Part shown: one piece after another, positions 12,102 through 26,062 of the stretch
Layout of the letters: each line of letters opens with the position of its first letter
Position numbering within the stretch: the first letter of the stretch is position 1
Source of the DNA: Nageia nagi
Taxonomy: Eukaryota > Plantae > Pinophyta
Assembly: GCA_050084985.1 (NCBI GenBank)
Contig: JBITNC010000001.1
Location: 80,910,001 to 80,974,000 of the forward strand
Direction: 5' to 3'
Length of the DNA stretch: 64,000 nt
The notes under the pieces: model-generated
The model's database searches: none
What the model saw: the letters and a program-made list of their open reading frames with translations, nothing else
What the model was told of the DNA's origin: nothing
Position numbers and translations under genes: made by a program

Positions 12102-14020
12102 AGCCCAAGGAAGAGGAAGAGGAAGGAGTAGGACGATTTCAAGATAAAGAAGGTGCTCAAGGAAGAGGGAGAAGTGGTTCTCCAAGAGATGACAAAAGAG
12201 ATAAACAATATTACTACTATAACAAGTTTTGCCACTATGAAAAGGAGTGTATGCCAGTGAAGGCTTATCAAGAGGGATGTTAAAGCACATACTATGGTGA
12301 AGAGGATATCTCTAATTTATTTTTTAATTATGCTAACACAACTTAAAATTTTGATGAAACTTGGCTCCTTGACATGGTTGTTCCAACCATAATACCAACA
12401 AGGGGGGGTTATTTTGTGCCATGAATGACTCCTACAAGTCCAAGATAACACTTAGTAATGAAAAAGCCATTCAAGTTGAAATCATAGGAGCTATGGAGGT
12501 GCACACCAATCAAGGTAAAAATAAGGTTAATTATGCTTATTTCACTCTAAATATGAAGCATAACTTATTAATCTTGGGCCAAATAATGGAAAAGAATGTT
12601 TGAAGATAGGAAGTGTGTTATTATTGATAAGAAAAATGGTACAAACATGTCGTAATTATTCTTATGATAAGGAATATAATATTTCCTCTTAATTTTGGAG
12701 ACAAAAGTTCTAATTTTGATAATGTTACAATTGATGATAAAAGTTATCTTTGGCACTTGTGATATGGGCATCTTAAATTTGCAAGTTTGAGAATGTTGAT
12801 TTCAAATGAGATGGTGTATGGGCTACCAAAGGTCCATGAACACAAAGAAGTATGTGAAGGTTGTGCTTTGGGAAAGCAATCAAGGGAAACATTTCCAAGA
12901 TTCCAACCATGGAGAGCCTTGTATCCTCTACAACTAGTGCATAGTGATATTTGTGGTTCTATGTAAACTTCAAGTATTGGTAAAAGTTTCTATTTCCTTA
13001 CCTTTATATATGACTACTCAAGGATATGTTGGATCTATTTTATAAAAATAAGGGATGAAAATTTTACATATTTTAAGAATTTTAAGCATAATTTGGAAAA
13101 TAAAAGTGGTTATTATCTGAAATGCTTAAGAATAGATAGAGGGGGAGAGTTTTGTAGTAATGGATTTTTTGCAATATTGCAAAGATTATGTTGTAAGAAG
13201 CCAACTAATAGTTGCCTACACAGCATAAAAAAATGGTGTAGTTGAACATAATAATAGGACATTGGCTAACATTGCTAGGAGTATGCTCCAAACTAAGAAA
13301 CTACGCAATCTTTATTGGGTTGAAGCAATTAGGACTATTATTTATATATTGAATAGGAGTCCCACTTCTATTTTAGATGACATAACTCCCTTTGAATCAT
13401 AGTATGATAAAAATTCAAATGTAAATCACTTTAAGGTGTTTAGTTTCTTGGTAAATGTGGATGCTACAAAAATGCATAGAAATAAGTTAGATATAAAGAG
13501 TGAGCCATGTATATTTATTGGTTATTATGAATAAAGAAAAGCATATAGACTTTATAGTCCTAAGTCTCACAAAGTTGTTATTTCAAGGGATGTTATTTTT
13601 GATGAAGGGGGAGCATGGGATCATAAAAAACTTCTTATTGATGCTAGATAATTTGAAGAAAGTTCTCCAAATTTACAATATTTAGTTCAGCCCAACCAAG
13701 GAAATGTGTAATCCAAAGTACTAAACAATCGATAAAAGCTTATGCAAGTGCAGCCCAAAATTACTCCAAGTGATGGTGATGCTTCTCCAAATGATGTTGG
13801 TAAGGTAAAGAAAGGTAAAAATATGTTTCAAATTCATATATATTATCTAATGTTTGATACAAATTATCAAATAATATTTAAAATAAGTCAAGCACAAGAA
13901 CTAGACCATGTAGTAAAGAGGCTAGAAAATCTACATTTGTATGTTGATGAAATGGATGGTGTACCTAAGGGTGAATTGGTTGGTTTTGCTTTGATGGCTA
14001 GTGATGTGAATAGTCTCACA
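12102..14020 (+). pseudogene. Copia gag 3' part, protease, integrase
   Basis: Zinc knuckle, WLLD protease, CEGCALGKQ, LVHSDICG, LKCLRIDRGGEF, VVISRDVIFDE; ends at FALMASDVNSLT just before RT. Confidence 0.9.
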
Positions 14021-14465
14021 TAATACAAATGCAATATAATGGAAAAATATATAAAATAATATTCTTCTCAATCCATCATATAGCAATTGAAAACCAAAGA
14101 AACCCTAAAAATGTCTTTCTAAAAATAGGCCAAAAATAAAAATGAGTTGAATTGCACCCAAAATTAGCATGTACATCCCTATTAGAATAATAAAAATTAA
14201 TTTAAAATATAAAAAATTAAATTAATGTATAACAAAATATATTAAAGTTCTAACATGCAAAAAAACCCTTAAAAACTCAGGAATCTAAAGCAAAAGCTAA
14301 TTTTGGGATGCTAGATGGAGAAGTTAGGTCCTTAAAATATGATTTTTATAGGGTCAAGCCAATTGGAGATCCTCCTCATGCATAACACACACATGGAATC
14401 ACCTTTTAAATTTCAAGAAAACTAGAAAAAATAGTTAAAAGTTATGGCTCCAAAAAGGTGCATCA
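14021..14465 (-). repeat. 3' LTR of the chromovirus element (left boundary approximate)
   Basis: Bounded by the copia breakpoint and the PPT. Confidence 0.7.
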
Positions 14466-14489
14466 TTCTCCTCTAGTGAAAAAGAACTC

Positions 14490-17400
14490 AAATCCTATGA
14501 GTTCAACTGAATTGAAATCTTGAATCTTTTGGTTATTAATTTTTAGTATCTCTAACTCTAAAACCTAAGTGTTGTTTTAATATGGTAATCCTTCCCACTA
14601 AATTAGGTATTTGTTGTAGCTCCCATCTCTAGTGGTGATCACCTTCTTATCAAGCACTTGTGCAACTCTATCCTTTTCTTACTAAGCATTTGTCATAACA
14701 AATTTATTATATCCTATAATTCACCATCCTTGATAGTACCAATATACTAAAATAAATCAAAAATATTAAAAATAGGTGAAATATAAAACTCATCTGGAAG
14801 CTCTACTCTATAAGCATTATCATTTATCTTCTTCAAAATCTTGCAAGGCCCAATTTTCTTAAGTTTTAGTTTGCTATACATACCCTTAGGAAATATTTCT
14901 TTCCTAAGATGAACCATGACCATATCACCCTCTTCAAATACTTTCACCCTTCTGGGTGCATCAATAGCTTCTTTGTAGTGAGCATTACTACTATGTATTT
15001 TTTTTATCTCTAATGCTTGTACTTTCTATATATGCTCAACAAATGTGTCTACATCATCATTAAATTATTCCCCAATTGGTAACTCAACTAGATCTAATAA
15101 AACTACAAGATTATGATCATAAATAATTTGAAAAGGAGATTTACTTATTGACCTATTCACTGAGCTATTATATGCAAATTCAACTTGTGGTAAGGCTAAA
15201 TCCCATTATTTTGGTTTTTTCCCAACTATATAACGTAAGAGGTTTCCCAAGATTTTACTCACTACCTCTATTTTCCATCAATTTATGGGTGATAATTACT
15301 ACTAAACTGTAGCCTAGTAATTAACTTCTTCCACAACATCCTCCAAAATTGACCTAAGAACTTAGTATCTTGATCAAAAGAAATAGTCTTTGGAACACCA
15401 TGCAATTGCACAACCTCATCAAATAATAAGATTGCAATCCCAGTGGCATCATTAGTTTTCTAAAATCAATAGTGGCATCATCAGTAGTAGGTTTCATAAA
15501 CTAAATCCTTATCTCATTATATCTTGGGCAACCCCAACATAAAATTCATGGTCCTATAGGAACAAGTAGTGGCATATACAACTGTGTATTTTATGCATGG
15601 CCATTAACCATTTTGCACATTCTACATCTAGAGATAAACTTGATTATGTATCTCTTCATCTTTGGTAAATAACACTTCTCTACAAGAGTCATAATTTTGG
15701 CTACTCTAAAATGACTAGCTAAACCCCCACTATGTAATTCCCTCAAGATGTTCTCTCTCATAGAGACATTGGGAATGCATAATCAATTACCCTTAAATAA
15801 GTAACCATTCTAAAAAAATATTCTTCAAAAATTGTATGGGACTCACCCTCTACTGCATTATTTCATAATATTCCCAAAATCTACATCAGATTCATACATA
15901 TTTTTAATCCCCTCAAATCCTACCACTTCATTCTCCATAATGGTAAACAACAAGACTCTCCTACTCAATGCATCAACAACCTTATTTTATTTTCTCAACT
16001 TGTGTTTCAATATAAATGTATACTATTGTAAAAATAAAACCCATTTGGTATGCCTAATATTTACCTTTTTTTTTAGAGTTGACATACCTTAATGCTTCAT
16101 GATCAGTAAAAAAAATAAACTCCTTTGAGATTAAGTAGTGCCTCCAATACTGCAATGCTTACATAATTGCATAAAACTTCACATCATATGTAGGATAAAT
16201 CTCCTTCAATCATTTAGTTTATCACTAAAAAATACTATAGGTCGATCTGCCTGACTCAATACACCACCAATTCCAATAAATGAGGCATCACAATCAACCT
16301 CAAATACCTTGCTAAAATCTGGTAACACTAGAACATGAGCTTTTGATACCTTATTCTTCAAGATTTCAAAACTCTCAATTGTTGCCTTAGTCCATAAAAA
16401 ATCCTTCCCCTTTGTGCACTTAGTTATAGGGGTAGCTACACTATTGAAGTTCCTGATGAACTTTTTGTAAAAGGTAACTAGGCCATGAAAGTTCCTTACT
16501 TTTGTTATAGTTCATGGAATAGGCCATTCTAGAATCTCTTTCACTTTATCATCAACCATCCTCATGCCATATCTTGATATTAGGAATCCCAAAAACACTA
16601 AACCATCTTGAAGAAATCTACATTTCTGTAGGTTGACATATAATTTCTCCTTCCTGAGCATGTCTAACACCAATTTCAAGTGTAACAAATGCTCTTCTTC
16701 ACTTTTACTATAAATTAAATTATCATTAAAATACACAACCATAAACTTACCATTATATTCTTGTAGTACTTTTTTCATCAATTTCATAATTGTACTAGGT
16801 GCATTAGATAACCCAAATGGAATCACCATTGACTCATACAAACCATATTTTGTCTTAAAATTTATCTTCCATTCATCACCTTCTCAAATTCTAATTTGGT
16901 AGTAGCCACTCTGCAGATCAATTTTACTAAAGTATTTAGCTTCAACCAATCCATCCATTATGTTATCCACTCTTGGCATAGGATATTGATACTTTATTGT
17001 GATATTATTTATGGCTTTACTATCCACACACATCCTCCATAAACCATCTTTCTTTGGGGTTAGCAATGTTAGAGTCATGCATGGAATCATACCTCCCTAA
17101 ATAATCCCTTATTTATCAACTTTGTCACTTGCCTTCCCAACTCTGCATTCTATGTTAGGTTCAACTGATAAGCTACTTGATTTGGGAGTGTTGATCCTTG
17201 AATCAAATCCATATGATGTTGGATATCCCTCTTTGGTGGCATTGTATTTGGTAACTCCTTTGGTGTGACATATTCATATTCTCTTAGCAACTTAGCTACT
17301 ATTGTAGGCATAACCACATCCTTTGTTTCTATCTTCCTAGTTTTTAAGGCATAATAGAAGCTAGCTTTCATAATTGCTACAAGAAACTACTTCATTTTCA

Positions 17401-19030
17401 TCAAGCTCTCACTCAATCCATTCTCATTCAAATGTATAAGAACTACATTTACACCATCCCAGAATGTGTGAGTATTCTTTCTACCATTATGATTAGCATC
17501 CCTATTGTACTGCTAAGGTATCCCCAATAGAATGTGACATGCATCCATTGGGATCACATCACACCACACTTCATCCTTGTAGGTTCTCCAAATTGAGAAG
17601 TTAACTAAACACCTCTTATCAATGGTCATTGCTTTTTTTTTAATATATGAAACATGATAGGAGTTTGGATGCTTCTCACATGTTAGATTTAATTTATCAA
17701 CCACGATATTAGAAACTAAAATTTTGTAACTACCACCATCAATGACTATGTTACATACCTTTCCTTCTGAAGTACATCTTGTGTGAAAAATATTATTACA
17801 CAACCAAGAATCTTCACCATATTTTTCTTACATGTTTATCTTCTTTAGAATAATAAGGATTCTCCTTATCATGATAGTTTCACCCATGTCTCAATCTCTT
17901 CCTCTTCTTCAACTATAGCAACCCTAGCTTGTCCCCTCTATTTAGCATCATACTAAGGATATTCAGATGCTTTATGACCTTCCTCTCTACATCTATAATA
18001 GATGCATGGTTCCCATGGTTCATTCCCTATCCTACCTCCACCATTATCTCTTACTCTTGAATATCCTCTTCCTCTTTAGCAGGTATCTTGACCCTATCCT
18101 CTTTTATCCTCCTATATGGAAAATATTGAAGATTCTCCTTTGGAAAAATTATGTCCACCATGCCCTCAATTTGAATAGGGTGTTAATCCTTTATTTCCCC
18201 CTCTACTAATCCTCTTAATCTTCTCAACATTTAGGGCCATTTGGTATGCATCCTTTATAGTAAGAGTACAGTGCATAATTATCTCATATTGAATAGAAAA
18301 ACTTAGGCCATTCACATACCTTACAACTCTCTGCTCATCTATCTCATTATGCTCCATCCAAATGGATTACTTGTACAACTAATTGGTGTAATCTTTGATG
18401 CTCTATTCTTTCTATCAAAGATTTTGGAATCTATGAAATAAGGTTTGGAAATAATTTACAGCAATAAATTTCTCTTGCAACTTCTTCATCTTGGCCCAAG
18501 CCCTAATATTCTCTTTCCCCTTTCTCTATCATGAAGCACGTAGATGATCCCACTAAATCAATGCATATCCCTTCAACTTCATGCATGCAAGCTTCAACTT
18601 CTTATCTTTAGCAAGACTACTCCATTCAAAATACTTCTTCATGCTATTTACCCAATCAATCAAATCCTCTAGTTTCAACCCACCAACATACTCAGGAACC
18701 TTGATCTTGATCCCATCTTATTTTCCTTTTAATCATTCCACTTTAGCCTATTTTCAAATCATTACTCTACTATTGCAATACACTTAGTTCTTCATCTACC
18801 TCAACATTAGGTCCATATTCCCCAAACATGTTCTCACTATCAGATCCCAAATTTGATTGTGCATTGGGTATTCTCTCCCCCATGTGATTAATTGCACTAG
18901 TTAACCATGACATTTGTGTATGCATATCCTCTTTCTACCTATTCATGTAGGTATAAGCACAAGTTACACCTCTGCATGCACCTCTAGCTTATCTTCTAGT
19001 TGGAATCTTCCCTCTATTAGTGAGTTCACA
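14490..19030 (-). pseudogene. Gypsy gag-pol (gag, protease, RT, RNase H, integrase, chromodomain-like tail)
   Basis: NIFHTRCTSEGKVCNIVIDGGS (PR); [42 protein letters not shown] (RT); FEVDCDAS (RH); [21 protein letters not shown] (INT C-term); YLI*WEGLP. Confidence 0.92.
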
Positions 19031-20907
19031 CATGCTATGATACCAAATGCAGTACTACCAAAAGGTTAATTTGCATCCTTTTTTGCATTTATAATCACAA
19101 AAAATAAAAAAAATGATGTTAATTTGTATCTTCCTACATCAACATGCATCAAAACCTTTTTTCATTTTTTATTTTTTTGGACATAAAAAAGGATGCATAT
19201 TTTAATGCAAAAAGGGACTCTGTAGGATGCAAAAAATGATGCAATTTTAGATGCAAATTTTGCATCAAAATCTAAAAATATTTAGAAATGACATTATGAT
19301 ATTTTCTAAGGCAATAAGATGCAAATTCAAACACCATTTACATCAGAAAAACTTAGACAAGGAAAAAATTTGAAGTTATTTTTACTATGAGATTTGACTA
19401 CCTTGGAAATTCATAGCAACTCTATGGGCTGATATGGGCATCATGTTGATGTTAAATGCCTTATTATTCTTCTTTGTATGTAACTAGAACCAAATTGGAT
19501 CATAAGACATCTTGTAGGCATCTATTATTGGTCATGGATCCTCTTTGCACCTTCACAAGCCTAGAATCTACTCAATGATCTCTTTACTTATGAGTTATTG
19601 TCAGTCCAAGCATAAATATCTTTCATGGAACTAGTTATCACTAACTTGATGAATTAGGATTATTACATGTTAAATATTAGGATCTTGGTGAGGTTAAGAA
19701 AATTTGTCTTCTCTAATGATGTTGTCTCCTTACTTAAATATGTGAGATCAAATTGTCATTAATGATATCATTAGAGCATATCAATATTCAAATGGTATAT
19801 CTTGATATCACCTATCTAATGACATGTTAATACTCTCTTGTGCATAATTTTTCATTTTTAATTCATCATGTTGTTTGATAATATCAACAACATAAATAAT
19901 TTGTATCTTGACATTTTATATTCATAGGGGATATTGTTATGTGTTATTTAGGTGATTATACTTGTAATAAATTTAGTGGTGGAGCTTAAGGTATTAAATA
20001 TGAGGTCTCTTAATTCAAGATCTCACCCATTTTTTAAATTTGTAAAGAATATCATTTTAATTGATGCATGATTTGGCTTTTGTAAACATAAATAAATTAT
20101 TTAATGTAATACATTTTTTTTGTCTACAATATCATTAAGCATCATAGAGCTTGTGGAGTTTAAAATACCCTACTTTCATAGCATACTACTCCTAAAAATC
20201 TACTTAGGTAAAATATTTTAACTCCAAAATTCTTCAAAAATAATCATTCATTTCTACTCTATTAATCCTACAATCCATTCGAACCATAGAACGTGAACCC
20301 TTAGTTATTCAATCACCTAAAATTCCTACTCCATGATGTGATTCTCTTGGAGATGATATGAAATTTACCCCTAGATCTTATCATTATATATACATATTTA
20401 GTTCAACTATTTTTCCCATCATCATTCAGTATCCATAATCACCTATCCTTTTAGAACACATATGACCTATCCTTTCTAAAAAAAATAACATAAAATAGAA
20501 ATGATATTGATAGTACATGAAACATTGCAAGAACAATATTGATCATGTAATAGAATATAAAATATTTATTACCCATAATTCAGCCTCATGTCTCCTCTAA
20601 TATTAGATTCAAACTAAAGTAAAATTTTATAAATTATAATATCAAAGTTAACATCAAATCATGGGGAATACTATGAACCAAATTACTTATGAATTCAAAT
20701 AGGCTAGTTGAAAATATTTTATGTTTTGAACATTTTATCATTAGATTGAGACATATTTTTTTAATCATGTACCAAAACTAAGCATAACTCACAAATAATT
20801 CATAGATCATCATCATCTAAAAATTTCATAGATCATACCATAAGAAACTAGAAGGATATACATATGAAAAGTTCAACATACATATATGAATCATATCAAT
20901 TACAATA

Positions 20908-23900
20908 TTAGCATTGCAAATTGTCTTCCTCATCAATATGTACAATATGTTTTCCTCTAGGATTACATTCAATTACAAACCACTTTTTATCATCATCTAT
21001 ATCTAGGATGAAATATATTTGATTGCAATGTTGCGGTAAAATATAAGGCTCTCTATTGTCAGGTAAAATATGTGTGGAGTTGATTGCAAAGTAATCACTA
21101 GGTCTATCATGCAATATTGTTCTTCTATTGAGTGTGTCAAACCACTTACATTTAACTATCACACACTGAAATGACCTATAATATAGTTGTATAATTTTTT
21201 GAATTTTTCCAACACATTTTAATTTTCCCTATATCGATTTTGTATCTCTTGAACTTGCATGACTTTCTTGATCAAAATCATCCATCACTCCATAATCAAA
21301 TTTTATTATTCTATCATCATTATTCTCTATTATAAAGTGTTGATCGTATGCCCACATTGCTGGAAAATAAAATGCCTACATATATTTACATGAAAAATGT
21401 TATTAGTGCTTGCACATATTTACACAAAAATTGAATTCTTATAAAAATATTAATAAAAATAATCACCTCAAACTTGCATCCTATAGTGATATTTAATGCA
21501 TTTTTATCATCTTCATTTATTTTTCCTTCTACAACTTGTTGTTTCATTTCAATTTCATTCTTAATTCATGATCTTGGACATTCTTATGGCTAATTTTTCT
21601 CTCTTAGATTTTTAGGTAGACAAGATGTACCCCTTTGATTATACCTACAAAATAAGGCATGTTCTTGTTCAATTGCCCTTTTTTTAGTTTGGTACAACTC
21701 AATCCAATTTTCATAACATGCATAATGCATCATGATAAATTAGTTTATAGATTCCTGAAGTCATAATTTGTAAATTAATAATACCATAATGCATACTTGT
21801 TAGGTAGTAATTAAGCATTAACACAATTTGTAAATCCAAAATGCATGTGCATATCTTAAACATAGTTAATACCTTCAAGAGAATACAGTGTTCCACATGT
21901 TTCTAATACCTCCCCTTCTAATTTCTCACTATTTTTGTTTGCATTCCACATATTTGGAATAGAAGTAATAATTTGGTAAAGATACTTGCATAAAAAAATG
22001 ATTCCTATACAATGTATCCCTCACCAACAGATCCTTCTAGTTGTGAATGTTGTCTAATAAATCCCTTCAGCACTTTTAAAAATCTCTCCATAAAAAACAT
22101 ATTTCTATCACTCATAACACCTGCCATGTCAATATCATCTACTAGGTTGATCAATAGGTGCACTTGTATGTCCATAAAAGTAGGTGGTAATTCTTTTTCT
22201 AATTTGAAGATAATTTCAATAATTTCTCTATGCCATCGATCTATTGCAATCACATGTATCTCCTTTGAAGATAACCACTTGTTCATGAAAAATTTAATAT
22301 CATAAAAATATTACATGTCAAAATGCATAAAAAATTAGAAAATAAGAATAAACATATGTTATATTATTTTTCATAGATCCATATTATAACATGACATACC
22401 TTATAAATAATGAAAGTCAATTGATTTCATGTCTAAGATCAATGTGTAGATCCCCACATCCATGAATTGCAATTGGAAATATATGTTATAAAAAGTATGA
22501 GCATAGATATAGCAAGTATTTTTATTTCGATAGAAAATGTGAAAATTATAATATGAGATCAATACCTTCATAAAGTTTTGGTAATCATGAGTCTTGAATC
22601 CTATGATTTTACCATCAGCATTGAATGCATTTCTTAGAGATGATTCATAATTTGTTGTTGTTATGATATTTTGGATAAGTTTGTGTAACTTTTTCACTTC
22701 ATTTTTTTTCATAAGCCATGTTGTGGTATGTGCTTTTTTTCTTCCATCTTGATAGTACCTTATCCATAAATATCTCATTTTATAGAATATCTTTAAAGTT
22801 ATTTTTCATGGCATAGATATCTTCTTCTTTGGTTGTTGTATACTTATACAAAGAAGTTGCAATATTCTTTACAATGTGCATAGGATCCATTAAATATGTC
22901 ATTAACAACTCCTTCCAATATTCCAGTATATAAAATATTGATAATTTGTTCATGCCTAAAAACATGTAACCAATTCATGATAAACATTGTATATTTTCAA
23001 AATAATAAACATATTACAAATATATTGTACTATATAATATTTCACATGTTGGTAAATCATTTTCACTAAGAATAATCTCATCATCTAACCCTAAAGTAGT
23101 ACCTTCATCACAGGCTCATTTCCTAACATTTTCCACATATTATTGGTACTTTATGAACCAAATCATAGGAGTTTTGTAAATAGGAATAGGGGTTTTATAT
23201 ACTCGACCATAGGCTCCCCTTTTTCGAAAAGTATAATCCATTAGAAAATATTCCCTATGGCCAATATATTCCATATTATGCATCTAGCATGAATGTCTCG
23301 ATGGAAGATTTTCCTTACATCGTAGATAAGCATGATAACCTTTTGTATGAAGACTTGTGATAAGTTTTATTAGAGAATGCATATAATTCATATGGTTATA
23401 AAAAATCAAATATTCACATGTCTGAACTATTGTATATATGCATACCTACAAAAACAAAAATCCATGGATAATCATGTATAGTCCAACATAGTATGCCATA
23501 ACATTTGAATTACCTTTGATTGATAGGGCTATTTATATCATATATTTGAACTCAAATTGATAGGTCTATTTATATCATATATTTTAACTCATTTCCATAA
23601 GAGCTGCAACTTGTCAATTACTGGTTTAAGGTAGACATCTATGTGTTTAACTTGTTTCCTTATAGGGATTATAATAGCCAACATCAAATGCTCTTTTCTT
23701 ATGGACATCCATGGAGGTATGTTATAATTAATTATAACAATAGGCCAACATGAATAAGTGGATGATTGGTTTTAAAATGGATTGACACCATCCATTGCTA
23801 AACCTAATCTAATACTCCTAGGTTCATCTTTAAATTTCTCGAGCCACTTCTCCTCTATATATTTTATTTCTTTACTATATTCAGGTATATGCAACACATC

Positions 23901-24764
23901 TTCTTCACTTGTATTTCTTGCATGGAAATCCATTAATTCTGTGTGTGACTTACACCGAAATATTCACATTAACCTAGGAAGGATTGGCATTATGTGAGCA
24001 ACCTTATGTGGAGTTTTTTTCCCTATTTTGACTTTATATCTTGATTCTTCACATTTTGGACATTCAATATTTGTATCATATTCTTCTCCTCTATACAATA
24101 TGCAAGCATTAATACATACATGATATGAATTATACTCGACCCCTACATCTTTCATAATATCATGTACTTTATTGTACAAATTAGGGATGACATTATCACT
24201 TGGCAATAACTTTTCTTTTAGTAATCTGTAATATCAATGAAAAAAAATTATGTAGTTAATTTGATAGAAATTAAAATATTATAAAATAAAATAAAATTCA
24301 CATCTTAGAAGAGAAGTGAAACTTATATCTAACCATCCATATTTGACTTTTATTTTCATCAAAAGTAGGACCGTCGATAATATAGTCTTGTTTTTTCTTT
24401 CATATAATTTTATTTTGGAAGTACTATACATGCTATCCCTTTCTAAATCATTATCTCTTTCATCATCATCAACAAGTACATAAAGGGACTCAAGTAAACC
24501 ATCACTTTCATTTTCTTCATCAACATTATTATTGTCATCATCATGACCAACATTATCCTCTCTTAATTCATCATCATCAGTGCTTGAATCCCACATAGGT
24601 ATTTGAATAGGAACTATTGGATTTGGTTCAAACATAAACTGTGCATATTATTCATGGTTCCATGCTTTTTGTAGTATCTTCTTATCTCTCCTACTTACAT
24701 TATTTTGATGCAATGTTGGTGTAATAGTTATCATTCTTAAGTGCTCACGATGACTATTTGTTTC
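20908..24764 (-). pseudogene. CACTA TnpD transposase, full-length but decayed (Transposase_21, DUF4218- and DUF4216-like regions)
   Basis: YHVCINACILYRG..CPKCEESRY; DPMHIVKNIA; GFKTHDYQNFM; LEKELPPTFMDIQVHLLINL..MFFMERFLKVLKGF; KCKWFD..EPYILPQHCNQIYFILD. Confidence 0.93.
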
Positions 24765-26062
24765 CTGTTAAATCAGATGTTAGTTGTTACAAAATATTAA
24801 TTCAAAATTTAAAAAAATAAGTGTAACAAATGTAAAGTAATTTGATAAATCTATTTATACACATGATCAATCCATATATATATTTTGATACATCTAATCA
24901 TATAATTTGATATATTCATACATATAACCAATTGATATATACAAACATACACATGATCTATACATACAAATTGATACATCCATTCATACACATCAATAAT
25001 ATATTAAGTTTTGTTTTTTACTTTTTGGATTTGATCCTAGACAAATTATTACATTTTGATCACCTCCTAACTCCAAACTTCATGGCTTATGTCTTGGAGT
25101 AAGTTTCCTATAATTGTAGTGAACTAGTAGCTCATCACCAACATTAAGAGTTTTAATAGGAACAAAAACTATATAATTACTCATTTTTCTACCACGAAAT
25201 CTTCTTTATCATTAGTATGCTGGTGAAATTCACAATTTGGTGTCCATTCTTCACCTACATAACTATTTGTGTATCCAGCTATGTTTCCATGTATTTTTGG
25301 TTGACCATCAATGTATAAGAGTTTTGAACGCTTCAAACTTGGAATCTTGAAATTATTTGCACATAATCCATATGTGAACATATTTTACATATATGATGCT
25401 AATTATTTCTAATATGTTGTTGTGTAAATTGGCCCACAAAATGGCATCAATGGCTCTATCTTAGAACTTGGAGTAACAACCATAATTCTATGTATAAACA
25501 AACTTTATCCATAGCACTTTTTATATGGTTTGATCATGTATCTATAAACATAATAAGGAAAGATCTCATAAGCCTTTAGAAAATGCATTTTAGTTGTCCA
25601 TGCATTGTATGCTCCATGATCATATTTATGTTGATATTTAAGTTGTAGCTTTTGTGGCATGTGCATCAAACCCAAATCATGAACATCCTCCTCTATTAAA
25701 TCAATTGGATGCTCATGTGCACTAGAACATGCAACCACTGCTAATTGATGAAGCCGCTTTTGAAATCTTATTTTTGTAAGCATCTCTCTAACCTTATTTG
25801 ATGGACCTACACATTATTTTGGCTTCATCTACTGGATCTACATATTTATTTTATTTAGTTATATTTGATATAATTTAATATATAAGAGTATAAAAATCAA
25901 ATCAAATTTTGATCCTAATTAATTACCTCATGGGAATCATCATCTTTTGATGAAAAGGATAACTCATTAATCCTTTGCATATTTTGTTCCTACAATATTA
26001 GCAATAAAATAAAGTTAAATATTAAAAATAATATTATAAAAGTGATAATTTTAATGATCTTA

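Larger units (their letters stand above)
1..14020 (+). mobile_element. Ty1/copia LTR retrotransposon, degenerate; interrupted by a CACTA element (1125-12101) and cut at about 14020 by a gypsy insertion; RT/RH and 3' LTR not found
   Basis: Met-tRNA PBS TGGTATCAGAGC at 299-310. Gag motif NGYDYEYWSLKMK...WDIIEDGY at about 480-566 and UBN2-like ORF 803-1124. After the CACTA: GRGRG stretch, decayed zinc knuckle (QYYYYNKFCHYEKEC), protease WLLD, pre-integrase LWHL*YGHL and integrase LVHSDICGS, in copia order. Confidence 0.9.
14021..19052 (-). mobile_element. Ty3/gypsy chromovirus (CRM-like) LTR retrotransposon, degenerate
   Basis: 3' LTR at about 14021-14465 ending in ..GCATCA, followed by the PPT complement ttctcctct. 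PBS complement gctatgatacca at 19034-19045. Gag-PR-RT-RH-INT order on the minus strand. The 5' LTR is interrupted after a few bp by CACTA copy 2. Confidence 0.88.
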
